Origin: Octopus vulgaris
Taxonomy: Eukaryota
Length of the DNA stretch: 64,000 bases
Direction of reading: 5' to 3'
Assembly (NCBI GenBank): GCA_951406725.2
Contig: OX597816.1
Location: 118,668,001-118,732,000 of the forward strand
This document shows positions 39,135 to 52,330 of this stretch, piece after piece. Both the position numbers and the translations under genes were made by a program. The notes below the pieces were generated by a model. It saw nothing but the letters and a program-made list of their open reading frames with translations, was not told the DNA's origin and ran no database searches. The stretch's first letter is position 1. Every line of letters starts with the position of its first letter.

Positions 39135-40490
39135 CACTGCCAGAACTAGAGATAAAGTTTAGGGTGTGGAAGTAAGATCTAGAATCGAAGGGTCTTAAGA
39201 TTAACCTAGCAAAAACCAAAGACTTAGTAAGTAGGAAGGCTATCAAACTACAACCCCCTTCGGGTAGATGGCCCTGCTCGAACTGTAGAAAAGGCGTGGG
39301 TAGAAACTCTATACAATGTACCTGGTGTAAGCTATGGTGCAGCAATATGAAAGGAAGGTTATCCAGGAAGATAGATTTTGTGTGGCAGATGCACAGGGGC
39401 AATAAACACTGACAATGGACAGAAAACAGATTTCATCACATGCCAGAGGGAAAAGCTAGAAGTAGTTAATAGCTTCTGCTACCTAGGTGACCAAGTCTGT
39501 AGTGGAGGTGGTTGCTCTGAGAGCGTAGCTGCTAGAATAAAAGTAGTCTGGGCAAAGTTCAGGGAGTTCCTACCTCTGCTGGCAACTAAGGGCCTCTTAC
39601 TCAGGATGAAAGGTAGACTGTATGATGCATGTGTGTGAATGGCCTTGCTACATGGCAGTGAAACATGGGCCGTGACTGCTGAGCACATGCGTAGGCTTGA
39701 AAGAAATGAAGCTAGTATGATCCGCTGGATGTGTAATGTCAGTGTGCATACACGACAGAGTGTAATTACCCTGAGAGAAAAGTTGGGCATAAGAAGCATC
39801 AAATGTGGTGTGCATGAGAGATAACTGCGCTGGTAAGGTCATGTGTTATGTATGGATGAGGACAGCTGATGAGGAAATGCCACTCCCTAACTGTGGAAGA
39901 GGTAGACCTAGGAAGATATGGGATGAGGTGATGAAGCATGACCTTCGAACATTGGGCCTCACAGAGGCAATGACAGGAGACCAAGATCTTTGGAGATATG
40001 CTGTGATTGAGAAGACCCGGCAACTAAAGTGAGATCGCAGCCATGCATGTCTGGCCCAGTAAAGAGTACCCCTGATGGGTCATGCGATATGATATGCTTG
40101 AGAAGACCTGTTGAGTCAAGTAAAACCAATATTGTAGCTGTGGCCAGTGCCCCCTGGCTGACTCCTGTGCTGGTGGTACATAAAAAGCACCATCCGCGAA
40201 CGCGGTCAATACCAGGTCCACCTGAATGGCTCTTGTGCTAGTGGTACATAAAAAGCACCATGCAAATATGGCTAATGCCAGTACCCCTTGACTGGCTCTC
40301 GTGGCGCTGGCACGTAAAAAGCAACCATTACACTCTTGGAATGGTTGGCGTTAGGAAGGGCATGAAGCTGTAGAAAAATTGCCAGATCAGATTGGAGCCT
40401 GGTGCAGCTGCTGGCTCTCCAGACCTTAGTCAAACTGTCCAACCCATGCTGGCATGGAAAACAGACGTTAAACGATAATGATGATTACTT
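39135..40490 (+). mobile_element. RTE LINE 3' portion: RT end, Cys-rich domain, C-terminus, 3' UTR
   Basis: GLKINLAKTK, CSNCRKGVGRNSIQCTWCKLW, FCYLGD, LHGSETW, GRGRPRKIW; UTR with tandem motif and (GAT)n tail. Confidence 0.93.
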
Positions 40491-41134
40491 AAATGATTAT
40501 ATGAACACACACAGAAATTCAATTCTATGATACATATATATGTGTTTGTGTGTGTGTATCATGATGTACATCAGTATATATACGTATATATATGATAACA
40601 GAACCGCGTCAGTTTTATAAACTTTATCTTAAGTCTTTCATTGTTTCTTTCTCTGTTCCCCATTATTCTTTTTGGGTTTTCCCAATCTTTCTCTCTTTCT
40701 CTTATATCGATAAATAATACAAATATTGTTGGCCGCATACACATGCATACGTACGTACGTACGTTATAAATATGCAAGGCTTTTCTCAAGTTTAAAATGC
40801 AACATTGTATTTCTTTTTTTGTTGTTGTTATCTCCATTCCACACTCGATACATACAGAAATTAGATATGTAGGTGCGTCGAAACAACCGTATTTGTGATA
40901 ATATTCCATGTGTTTACAGTTTGACAACACGTGCTTATTAAGAGATGCTTACTTCAGTGTGTGTGTTTAACCGTCTCTGCGGCTGATTACATTTTCATCT
41001 GACATTATTCTCTCTCTACATTCATATCTGTATCCATCAGCTTTTTTTTTCTATCTTGGAACATTCTAGAAATAGCACTCAGTTCTTCAACCATTTTAGC
41101 ATTCACAGATTACTCTGTCAAATGTACGAAATTG

Positions 41135-41615
41135 AAATTAAATTCGATGACTGGCATCCGTTGCTAGAGGAGCACTAAGAGTACCATACGAGTGTGATCG
41201 TTGCCAGAGCAACAAGCTAGCCTCCGTGCTGATGGCACGTAAAAAGCACCATTCGAGCGTGATCGTTACCAGCATCACCTTACTGGTACTTGTACCGGTG
41301 GCATGTGAACAAAACATTCGAATGAGGTCGTTGCCAGTGCCGCTAGACTGGCTCCTGTACAGGTAGAACGTAAAAATCACCATTTGAGCGTGGCCGTTAC
41401 CAGTACCACCTAACTGGCCCTCGTGCCAGTGGCACGTAAAAGCACCCACTACACTCACGGAGTGGTTGGCGTTAGGAAGGGCATCCAGCTGTGGAAACAC
41501 TGCCAGATCAGATTGGAGCCTGGTGCAGCCTTCTGGCTTGCCAGACCCAGGTCGAACCGTCCAACCCATGCTAGCATGGAAAACAGACGTTAAACGATGA
41601 TGATGATGATGATGA
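41135..41615 (+). mobile_element. Young RTE-type 3' UTR copy with internal tandem repeats
   Basis: CpG-rich; repeated ggcacgtaaaa..cacc..ttcgagcgtg units; tail catggaaaacagacgttaaacgatgatgat. Confidence 0.85.
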
Positions 41616-41799
41616 TATATATATATATTTGTGTGGGTGTGTACATATATATCAAATGAAAATATGCAGAAACTACAATCATAAAAAAAGAGAAGTGAGT
41701 ACCTATGAGAGAAAAAGAGAAATAATGAATTATAAAAACAATAAATAAAAACAGGAAAATTTCAAAAACAAGCAAGATGTAAAAAGAAAACTTTTCTTG

Positions 41800-41884
<85 letters not shown>

Positions 41885-42544
41885 GACATAACAAGCCATT
41901 AGATAATCTTCAAGTATAAAAAGGTATTTCCACTGAATGAGAAAATAGATAATGATTGATGCTGCTTTCTGAAACAATGTTTAGAATAATTTATGAAAAT
42001 CATCTTTATTTTGCACTGTCAGCGAACAATAGAAATTTATACAAAGAACAATGACAACAGAAACAGAACAGAAATGCTGTCTCTGATGATGATGATGATG
42101 ATGATACCTGTCTTACTTATGTATAAAGGCTGACAGTTTCAGAAGTGGTGAAATAGGAAGTAATGAAATACTAACTAGTCTGGTAGGTATAATATAATAG
42201 TTATCCTCGCAAGTAAACAACTGTAAACTGTGTGTATTTCTATATCAGGTTTGAAATAGCAGTGAGGTAAGAACAACAGTAAGAGGGAACATCAACTGAA
42301 TGCAGTGCTTGGTTCTCTTTGCATAACTACTGGTCATACACAAGCGGCACTGCTAGAATGTAGGGATCAAATGCACAGGGCATGTTCATATTGTGTAGTC
42401 CTAGGTTTAGTCCTGAAGGAACAGACATATGGCCTAATTAGTGATCATCAATATTTTCATCTAAGTTGACTGTGATTGAGCAGATCTATGATCAAAGGAA
42501 TTCCAACCATAGCCACCTTGTTGTTTTGTATATCTAGGCATAGG

Positions 42545-43505
42545 CATGGCTATAGGTGCAGATATAGCTGTGTGGTAGGAAGTTTGCTTCTCAACAACAT
42601 GGTCTTGGGTTCAGTCCCAATATGTAGCACCTTGGGCAAATGGTAACTGAAACTTGCATACAAACTGGGTTGGTCCAAGAACTTACTACGTCATGATGTT
42701 TGTCTGTTTGCTTAACAACCATTAGGCACACGTGTGGGTGTGTGGGTAAGAAGCTTGCTTCTCACCCATATGGTCTTGGGTTCAGTCCCACTGTGCAACA
42801 CCTTGGGCAAGTGCTTCTACTATAGGTCTAAGTTGACTAAGACTTGGGAGTGGATTTGGTGGATGGAAATTGAAAGAAACCCATCATACCTATGTGTATG
42901 TGCATGTGTGTGTCTGTGTTTGTCCCATACCACTGCCTGACAATCAGTGTTGGTTTGTTTACATTCCCTTAACTTTGTGGTTTGGCAAAAATGACTGATA
43001 GAATAAGTTGGACAATGGACAAGTCCCTTGACCCCCTCCTTGGTGGCTGTTGGGGCACTGCAACCACACAGCCCTCTCTTGGGTGAGAAAGGCTGGTGGA
43101 GCCCATTCATCTCCAGGCTAAACTCATTTCTAAAGCTGAGTGGACTGGAACAACAAGAAATGAAATGTTTTGCTGAAGCACACAAAGGATCACCCAGTTC
43201 AGGAATTGAAACCACAATCTTATAGTCATGAATTCAACATCTTAACCGTTAAGTGATGCACATCCACTACTGGCGCTTGGAACAACATGAAATGAAGTGT
43301 TTTGCTCAAGAACATAGTGCATTGCTCGGTCAAGGAATCAAAACCACAATCTTATGATCGTGAGTCCAACACCCTAACCACTGAGCCACACAAATAAGTT
43401 ACCAAACTCAAAATATAAGTACTGGGGCTGACTTGCTTGACTAAACTCTTCGAGGTAGTAACCCGGTTATGACTGTGCTCAAGTGACTGAAACAAGTAAA
43501 ATATA
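42545..43505. mobile_element. Family-A SINEs (+) with two CORE-SINE pieces (-) nested at ~43012-43392
   Basis: Family-A body stops at gaataagt (~43008) and resumes at aataagttacc (~43394); the insert carries CORE and tRNA-head motifs on the minus strand. Confidence 0.75.
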
Positions 43506-46035
43506 AAGGTAAATTTTTTTCATGTTGGCTTGGCTCGGATAAGAAACTGATTTTGAGGCTGGATTTTACGGTCGAGGGTTCTTCCTGTTGCCAATCCACA
43601 CCTGCTTCTTTCTTTATTTTTTCAGGTAAGGGATTCTTATATGCCACTATGCTTACCACAGTAACAAGTGAAATCCTAAGAACATTCGCATGTATACAAA
43701 CACAAACATATATATACAATGTCTTAATAGAATTTTCATCTGTCAAATTCACTTACAAAGCTTAGATTGGCCTGATGTGATAGTAGAAGATACATGCTCA
43801 AGGTATCATACAGTGGAACTAAACTTAGAATCACCTGGCTGTGAAGTGAATTTCTTAACAATATAGCCATGTAATTTCTAGAAATTAAATAATATATCAG
43901 TTGAGGGGCTCTTGTCCTGCCAACTACTTAGGTAACCTCACTGCTACTGGTCCCACACAAAAAGCACCCAGTACATTCTGTAAAGTGGTTGGTGTTAGGG
44001 ATGGCATCCAAACCTTTCCAAAGCAAGCAGCAGGGCTTGGTGCAGCCTTCTGACTTGCAATTTCCTGTTGAACCACCAAACTCATGACAGCAATGGATAT
44101 TAAATGATGATGATGACAAGAGCCCCTCAATTGAGGAGGGAACAGTATTGAGGGGCAGGAAAAGGAGTCTTGCATTTGAGGGGAAAATAGCTACATCTGG
44201 TGAAGGGAGAGAGGAGAAAGAAGATGGTGAAGATGTGACAGGGAGGCGGGGATGGGAACTGTTCACCCAAGTTATAGGAAGGTGTATATAGTGAAGTGGA
44301 CAGGGTGAGTGGGTGGTGAATTAATGAGATTGTTCAGTACACCACTGATATTTATTCTAAAGATAATGATGATATGGATGACATTCTATCATCACTTGCA
44401 GAAGGGAAAGAAATGCTTCGTTATTGCTATAAAGTTTAAAACAGAACTAACCAAAAAATATTGTTCAGTGTACTAATTGTACAGTAAAGATGGGCAAAAT
44501 GGTAGTAAAGCACTGGACTAAATAAATGTATTATAATAATTAGTTTAGATCTCCTCAGTTCTGAGTTCAAATCCTACCAGAGAAGTGCCAATAAAACTTC
44601 AAGCAGAATAAAAATTTTCTTTTCTCATTGTGCAATTAATTTTGTGCACAAGTAACAAGAAAATCAATTCATACACCCTATTTCAATGGATCAGTCAATT
44701 AGGAAGTGAATATCTAATTTATCGTGTTTGGTGTGAACTGGTAAAGCTGACCTAGAAAAAAAGTCCCACAAAGTTTGCAACATGTGTAACATTCACAGAA
44801 GAATTTCACAGTATGATTTATGCCCCGTTGCATCTTTTGAAATCATTACAACAATAACAAAAATACTACCAAAAAAACAACAACAGAAGTATAGAAAAAT
44901 GACAACATTAAATCAAAATGGTGTCACCAGTACTCGTAATTTGGTTTTGATGGAAAACATACACTTAATAATTGGGGTATTGAAGTGTGCACGATTTGAG
45001 ACAGACATATATTTACCTGTAAAAAATGATAAAAGAGATAATGCTTTTTCTCTGTCTGTCTGTCTCTTTTATTATTTTTTTAATGTGTTTTTGAGTTTGT
45101 CTCTAAGGAGTTTCACCCAATGAATATTGTAACACCTACCTTTATTTTGATTGCTCGCTCACACAAGCAGAGCAAAAACTAAGCAATCAAGGGAAATGCC
45201 ACTTGGCACATATGTTTACAGAAATGTAAATGTTATGAGAAACAACAACAACAAGACAGTAAAACAATAGGAGAGAGAAAGAGAAAGAAAAGGTAAGGAA
45301 AATAGTGGGTGGGTGGGGAGGGGGGGGAGAGAGAGAGGGAGAGAGGGAGAATTATTCTGATGGTGAGATGCAATGAAATGATGATATTTTTGGAAATAAT
45401 CCAAAACATGTTTGTTCATATCCAATCACCTGGAGTAGTAAACTAAATTGGAGTTGAAATATATATATAGAGAGAGCCTCCTCTGATAATGAAGTCCTAA
45501 AAGATGAAAAATATATGTATCTATATCATAATAATAAGGTGAATATCTTGTGAGATCAATAAAAATATATTCTTAAATAAGTGAACACTTGCAGCTATTT
45601 TGTACTATAAAGATGTGTTGAGACATAGAAAGAATATTTGTTTACCTTATGTTGAGAGAGAGAGGGAGGGGGGTGATTTCATCTCCCCCTCATAGCAAAT
45701 CATCAACATACTGGTGAGAAAACAGGGAGCCTCTACTTTGTTACCTAATCTTCAAGAAATAGTAACCAAATCTCCTTCAAATCATATCCTACTATCTTTA
45801 AAAATAGATGTATTGCATAAAGTGATTCTGGGTTTTCTGTGCATAAGAAAAGATAGGATAGCCACAAGTGGAAAGCCTTTGATAATAAGGTCTGCTTGCT
45901 CAGGGCTGTCTTGAGGTTAAACAACAACAAAAACAATCTAAATAGCAGGACAAGTTTTCTACAAAGTGCCAGTGAAGTAGTCCTCTAAGCAGTTGCTTAA
46001 CCTAGCTAGAAAATAGTAGGCAGTACCTACCTCAA

Positions 46036-46611
46036 CCCTTTAGCAATTAAACCAGTCACATCTGGCCTAAATGTTCAACCTGCTTAATGCTCAAACTGGC
46101 CAGATATGGGCTCTCACATCATTTAACATCTGTTGTCCATGCTGGCATGGGTTGGATAGTCTGGCTAGAGCTGGCAAGCTGGGGAACTGCATAAGCCTCA
46201 TCTGATTTAACATGGTTTCTACGGTTGGATGCCCTTCCTAATGCCAGTCACTTTACAGAATATACTGGGTGCTTTTATGTGGCACCACATGGGTGCTATT
46301 ATGTGACACCACATGGACACGTCTACATGTCACCACATGGGCACTTTTATGTCACTACATGGGCGCTTTTATGTGGCACTACCACCAGTGCTTTACACCA
46401 CCAGAAGGATCAGTTTTAACTATTCTGCTGCGGAGTATGGGTCTTCTTGTGTACAGCAAGGCGCCAGGCATCTCGGTCCTTTGTCACATCTACTCTGCAA
46501 ATATTATTCTAAAACTATACAACCATATGATCAAAATTTCAAAGCTATAAATTCAAAACAATGTGAATAAATAAACATTACATTTATCAGAATAATCTGA
46601 ATGTTAAAGGG
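46036..46611 (-). mobile_element. piggyBac-derived MITE interrupted by an RTE tail (~46118-46495)
   Basis: tcaa-CCCTTTAGC ... GTTAAAGGG-TTAA; MITE halves are collinear around the insert. Confidence 0.8.
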
Positions 46612-48227
46612 TTAAGGAAACTGTTGTCTTTAAGCCCTCCACCCCCCCAAAAATAACTCAGAAGACATTGGATAATGTAGTCATAGATTCAGGGCAAACC
46701 TGGGGTCAAGCAGCAGCAGCTGCTGCTACCCTGCCACCACCACCACGAAAGTACTATTTCAGTTCCCAATTAGATCAGCACTTCTAACCAAGCTGATCTT
46801 TTGTCAAGTTACATCAGGCACAGAGTGTGTGATTTCACTCAAATAACAAAGAACCATGGGTTTTTTTTCAAGTGGAGAGGTTGACATTATTTATTTATTA
46901 ATTCAATTTGAATGTCTGTATAGAGCTGATAAGCAATGAGAAACAAATGTGTATAATACTAGAGACATATACAAAAGAAAAAGAAAAAAAGGGTTGAAGA
47001 AATCTTTTTGTAGTCCCCATGAATCAGAAGATCTCAATTATGGCTGGTATCCATAGAGATTTTACAATAAACCCAGAGTATGCTTGTTAATAAACACATT
47101 CACACAAAACATTGCAAATTTTTCAGTCTGTATCTCTGATTTATATATCAAGCAAACAATATGTTTGTAATTTTTCTCTAGTATTTCTGATTTCATTTAG
47201 CAATGCTGTTGAGCTCCAAGTCAGGCCTGAGTGAGCAGACACATACACCACAACCATCTTGTTTTTTTTTCAAGCACAGCTACCTAGGACTATATACAAT
47301 GGTTCTTGCCTTTTTTTTTCCTTTCAAAAGTAGTGTGTAGGGTTTGATTTGGCTGCAGTTTCTAGCAGGCCAAATGACAATGTAGAGATTCTTCTGTTTG
47401 TTACATCAGTAACTAGGATGATTGGGTTGAGGTCACTGACACCTCTCACATACAAAGAATTTCTTCAAATTTTGGTAGGGAAAAGGCAATTAAAATCTGT
47501 TTTTATCTATTAATTAAAGGAATAAATGCTAACACAATTAACCCTTTAGCATTCAGCTTACTCAATTTAATGTAATGCTTATAAATTCACATTGTTTTGA
47601 ATTAATCATGTATTATCTTGTAGCTTCAAGATTTCAATGATGTGACTACATAGATATTCAATATTTCCTCTGCAAGGTGGTTTTATACAACACTGACATG
47701 AAAAGATAGTACATATCTACCAGCATAGATGCGTGGTTGAGAAGCTTACCTTGCAACTAAGTGGTTTCAAGTTCAGTCCTACTGTGTGGTACATAGAGTA
47801 AATATATTTTTACACTGGTAATACCCCAGCATGGCCACAGCCTTAGGGTTGAAATGTGTAAAAGAATATGAGCTGAGAACAGAAGGTAAGTATGGTAGAG
47901 ATGGTTACTGGGGAAACAGTTGGTATGGTGAGGCAACACAAAGCAAGCTGAACCTCACAAACATATCAGATCAAGACATTTTGATATCTGCAGTGTTAGT
48001 ATATCTTTCAACCAAACCCTCACCAGCATGGAGGAGGGTGGAAAGGGAGGGATGATGTTGATGATGATAGTAAAGGTGCTATGTATAATGCATCATCTTT
48101 TCCCCTTCTCTATTTCTTTTCATCCTTTCCTCTTTATATTCATTTATCAAGACTCATATGGGGCAGCTTTTGCAAAATGGAACATGTGTCTCTTCTTTTG
48201 CTTCACCACCACCACCACCACCACCAC

Positions 48228-48470
48228 TAATTAATGTTCACTTTCCTTGCTAGCATGGGTTGGACGGTTCAACTGGGGTCTGGGAAGCCAGAGGGCTGCA
48301 CCAGGCCCAGTCTGATCTGGCAAGGTTTCTATGGCTGGATACCCTTCCTAACGCCAACCACTCCATGAGTGTAGTGGGTGCTTTTTATGTGCCACCGGCA
48401 CGGGGGCCAGGCGAGGCTGGCAATGGCCACGATCGGATGGTGCTTTTTACGTGCCACCGGCATGGAGGCC
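48228..48470 (-). mobile_element. RTE 3' tail
   Basis: tgctagcatgggttggacgg...ccaaccactcc...gctttttatgtgccaccggcac. Confidence 0.85.
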
Positions 48471-49234
48471 TGTCGGGGCTAATACATAATAGGAAATGCA
48501 TCCATCCCTTCACAAGGCTTTGGTTGGCTCAGAGCTTTAAAAGAAGTCACTTGTCCAAGCTATAATAGTCGCTTGTCCACGCAGCGGTACTGAACCTAAG
48601 ACTACATGGTTTGGAAGCAAGCTTCTTAACCACAACCACATTTGCACCTATGGAGATGAGGAGTAAGTTATTTCCTTGACTCAGTGGAGACCTTTATTAT
48701 ACATACACTAACCACTAATATTCAACCAGGCAACAGGCAGATCACCTAACAGAACCTTTTAACAAATTCAAGTGAACCAATATTGCAGTTTATTGTGTTT
48801 TTAAGTGTAGACAGAAGATACTGTTAGCTGTATCAATTAACCAGGTACAGTAGATGTGATGATATTACCAGTTAGTCTACCTGAATTGACATTACAATTC
48901 AGGTGCATTCACCGCTTACACTTCTAACAGACAGACTAAGCCACTCACTCCTTCCTTTCTCACTCTCACACTCCTGATCCATGTCAAATGCAAATATTTT
49001 CATAAACGAGACATCTATAGATTATTCTATTCCAATATATTTACCACTATAAGTAACTATTGGCAGCAGCAATACTCCCCCCACTCCACATTAAATGAAA
49101 CCACATACACAATAATTGTAAAGAAATATCTTGTAGCCAAAGACTAGCTAAACAATCCATTTGTGGTTAGTTTTAGATTTCACCAATCAAAAGTAATTGA
49201 AGTAGCAAGTTATATATATATATATATACACACA

Positions 49235-50322
49235 CAGGGTGTGATGGGTAAACTGTCACCCTTTTATATTTTTGATCTTGCACATGTGCATTGCTTGTTT
49301 TTGATTTTGTCATCTACACAGTATAGTAGGGTCAGTTGGGCACCATCTGTAAGAAAAACAGCACCATATGCAATTCCCTATGCCAGTACTGCTTGGCATT
49401 TGTATTGGAAGCTCCAATACGAACATTTTAGAGTGTTTGGGTGTCAATCTGAGGATAGTCCAGAAGATACAGAGAGAGATGGATGAGTCTAAAGGTGATT
49501 ATGAAGATACGGCAGCTTGGAAAACTCGCTCTGATCATTCGGATAAGAAAAGAATTCCTGAATTTGTTGATGAGATCCAGACTATGATTGACAACAATCC
49601 CTCAAATTCATCGCCAGCAACATGGGAGTGTCTGAGTTTCTTATCAGGCAGGTAGTGCATGAAGACATTCAGTATTCCTCATACAAGATGAGAAATGGCC
49701 AATTTCTATCCCAAACCATCAAGGACAAGAGAAAAGACAGAGCTACGAAGCTTTTGAACAAACTCAAGCATTCCTTCCAACCAAACAGGCTTTGGTTTTT
49801 CTCAGATGAGAAAAATTTCTGCCATGATCACATGGTGAACACACAGAACAACTATTGACTTGCTGTGTCCCCAAAACATCCAGTCAACATCATGGTGTTT
49901 GGAGTGATCACAAGTGACAGTGAGGTTATGCCCACATGACCTCACTCCCACTCAACATGAAGGCCTACATCAAGTACCTGGAGGAGGTAGTGCTGCCCTG
50001 GGTCAAGAGGGTGGCTGCTGGAAGGCCCTATGTCTCGCAACAGGACTCTGCACCATGCCACACAAGCAGGAGAACCCAGTCATGGCTGTCAGACAATTGC
50101 TGTGACCACATCACCCCTAACATCTGGCCACCTAACTTCCCAGATTGCAATCCCCTTGTTTATTATGTGTGGGGTGCAGTTGAGTGAGAGTCCAACAAAA
50201 CTCCTTGTAATACCAAAGATGAACTGAAGGCAAGGATTATGGGAACATTCACGAACTTAAACAAGGAGACCGTCCAGAAGAGTTGCAGGAGATTCCAAAG
50301 TCGTCTGGAGGTTGTGGTTTAA
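49235..50322 (+). mobile_element. Tc1/mariner DD37D (maT-type) element, decayed, right TIR missing
   Basis: Starts CAGGGTGTGATGGG; WFFSDEKNF, QQDSAPCH, WPPNFPDCNPL(V)YYVWG with 37 residues between the second D and the third catalytic position. Confidence 0.9.
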
Positions 50323-50359
50323 GTTTAACTGATAATCCAATAACATGCACAATTGTTCT

Positions 50360-51016
50360 ATATTAAAATTTTGTTGTATGCTCAGTTCAATTTTAGCTAA
50401 TAACTCATTTCTATGGTGATGTTTAAACAAAATTGAAATAATTCTACTTTTAGTTGTATTTACCTGTAATCAGAGTCACTTTGAGACAAAAATTATGCAA
50501 TAGATTTATTTAAGAACCTTTCGTTAAATTGAGTTCTAAAAATCACAATCAGGAGGAGGCATGAATGACCATGGGATTGTACTTAGAAAGTTACCCTCCG
50601 AGGCACAAGCCAGGGCAAGATTGTTTGTGGAAAGCCAGCTGTCACCCATGCATACCAGCCTCCCCTCTCCACACCACTAATGTTATCCAAGGGAATAGCA
50701 AAGGCCAATACAGTTTGGCACCAGTGACGTTGCAACTCATTTCTACAGCTGAGTTAACTGGAGCAACGTGAAATAAAGTGTCTTGCTCAAGAACACAACA
50801 CACAGCTTGGTCTGGGAATCAAACTCATAACTTCACGATTGTAAGTTCTACGCTTTTACCACTGAGCCATGTGCCTTCACAAAAATCACAATAATAGGTT
50901 GATAAATAAAAAAGTTAGAGTTGTTTGGTGAAACCATTGTAAACTCATGATTATAATAGAATTGAACTGAAACCCACAAAGGGTGTATTTGGGTTAGAAA
51001 TATAGCAATGAAAGGG
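50360..51016 (+). mobile_element. 3' end of the second piggyBac family, interrupted by a family-B SINE (50550-50880)
   Basis: Aligns with 54490-54816; SINE flanked by a 12-bp TSD aaaaatcacaat (50538-50549, 50881-50892). Confidence 0.85.
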
Positions 51017-52211
51017 ATATTTTGCAGATATTTTGAGTAACTGTGTCTCCAGTAAAATACTCCTGGGTGGTTTTATTGTACTGACATATATATTTTCATA
51101 CAATCTTGCACAGCCTCTGAGATAGAGTGCATAATTAGCTGGGTGGGAAGTTGTGTATGAGTAGTTCCCCAGAAATATAATTTCCAGGTGTCATATTTGT
51201 TTATAAATAGCTTCATTGGTATTTTAGGAAGTGGTTGATTGTAAAAAAATAAAAATAAAATATAAATATAAATACAAGTTATGGTCAGTGTATGCACTGC
51301 TGCTGCTGTTGTTGCACCATCAAACAAACCAAACTAGTTTCTATTAAGTCATATCCAACTGAAAATAAATACTATTTTCACATCACAGTTGGATGGGTTG
51401 GCTTTATGTGGGTGTGTGTATGTGCGTGAGTATCAACAAATTAATTTTGTGTCTAAATTTAGAGAGCAGTCATACTCTAAAATGGAAATATTTATTAAAT
51501 AATACAAAACGAAAAGAAAAAAAAAACGAATTATTTTGTGATTTATGGTCTGCTATTTCAAAAGCAGTTGAGAGATTGATTAATAACGACAATATGTCAT
51601 ATAATGCCAATAGCAACCGTGGTATCATTTATATTTTTTCTCTTGAAGAGTGTGGGGGTAGAAAATATCCAGAAAGAGGAACTTTGGTACTCTAGTGGGA
51701 CAGCTCTTAAAGCACAATTTAATAGCTACTGTTGAGATTATCCAGAAACACACACACACATACATACATACATGTTGCATTCAAGTGGTTTTAGTAAACA
51801 AGACTATCAACAAATAATAATAAGACAGATAAGCAAGATAAAGCCATTGTTGCTTAAGAAACATAGGACAAAATTTATTGACATATGGTTCTTCTGTAGA
51901 TTATCTGTACTAATTATGATCTGATAGTTTGGCTTACATATCAAATTAATCATGGGAATAGCAGCAAGTTTCATTAGGTACAAAAGGAAGCACAGGTGAG
52001 TGTAAAAGCAATTGCCTGTCTTGATGAACTTATTTTTACACAAGCAAACTGTTCAAACTATTACAATATAGAAAGCATGATCCTAAACAATAATACTGTT
52101 GACATTGCATTTCTTTCCAAAAAGAGCAGTTCAAGAAAATGATTTGGATATATCTCTTATCTTTTAAGAAACAAACAAAAACTGTTAGATTCACTTCAAC
52201 ATTAAATTTAA

Positions 52212-52262
52212 TTTGTCAAAATATTTTCGTCTCTTTGAGACCGCGACCTGTTCACTGACAAA
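52212..52262 (-). ncRNA. Putative variant hammerhead ribozyme, mirror copy
   Basis: Minus strand TTTGTCA GTGAACA G GTCGC ggtctcaaa GAGAC GAAA ATAT T T TGACAAA (one stem II mismatch). Confidence 0.5.
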
Positions 52263-52279
52263 GTTTTGTGCTGCAGAAT

Positions 52280-52330
52280 TTTGTCAGTGAACAGGTCGCA
52301 GTCTCAAAGCGACGAAAATATTTTGACAAA
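52280..52330 (+). ncRNA. Putative type I minimal hammerhead ribozyme, G3:C8 variant
   Basis: TTTGTCA-GTGAACA-G-GTCGC(9-nt loop)GCGAC-GAAA-ATAT-T-T-TGACAAA; manual fold only, activity untested. Confidence 0.55.
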
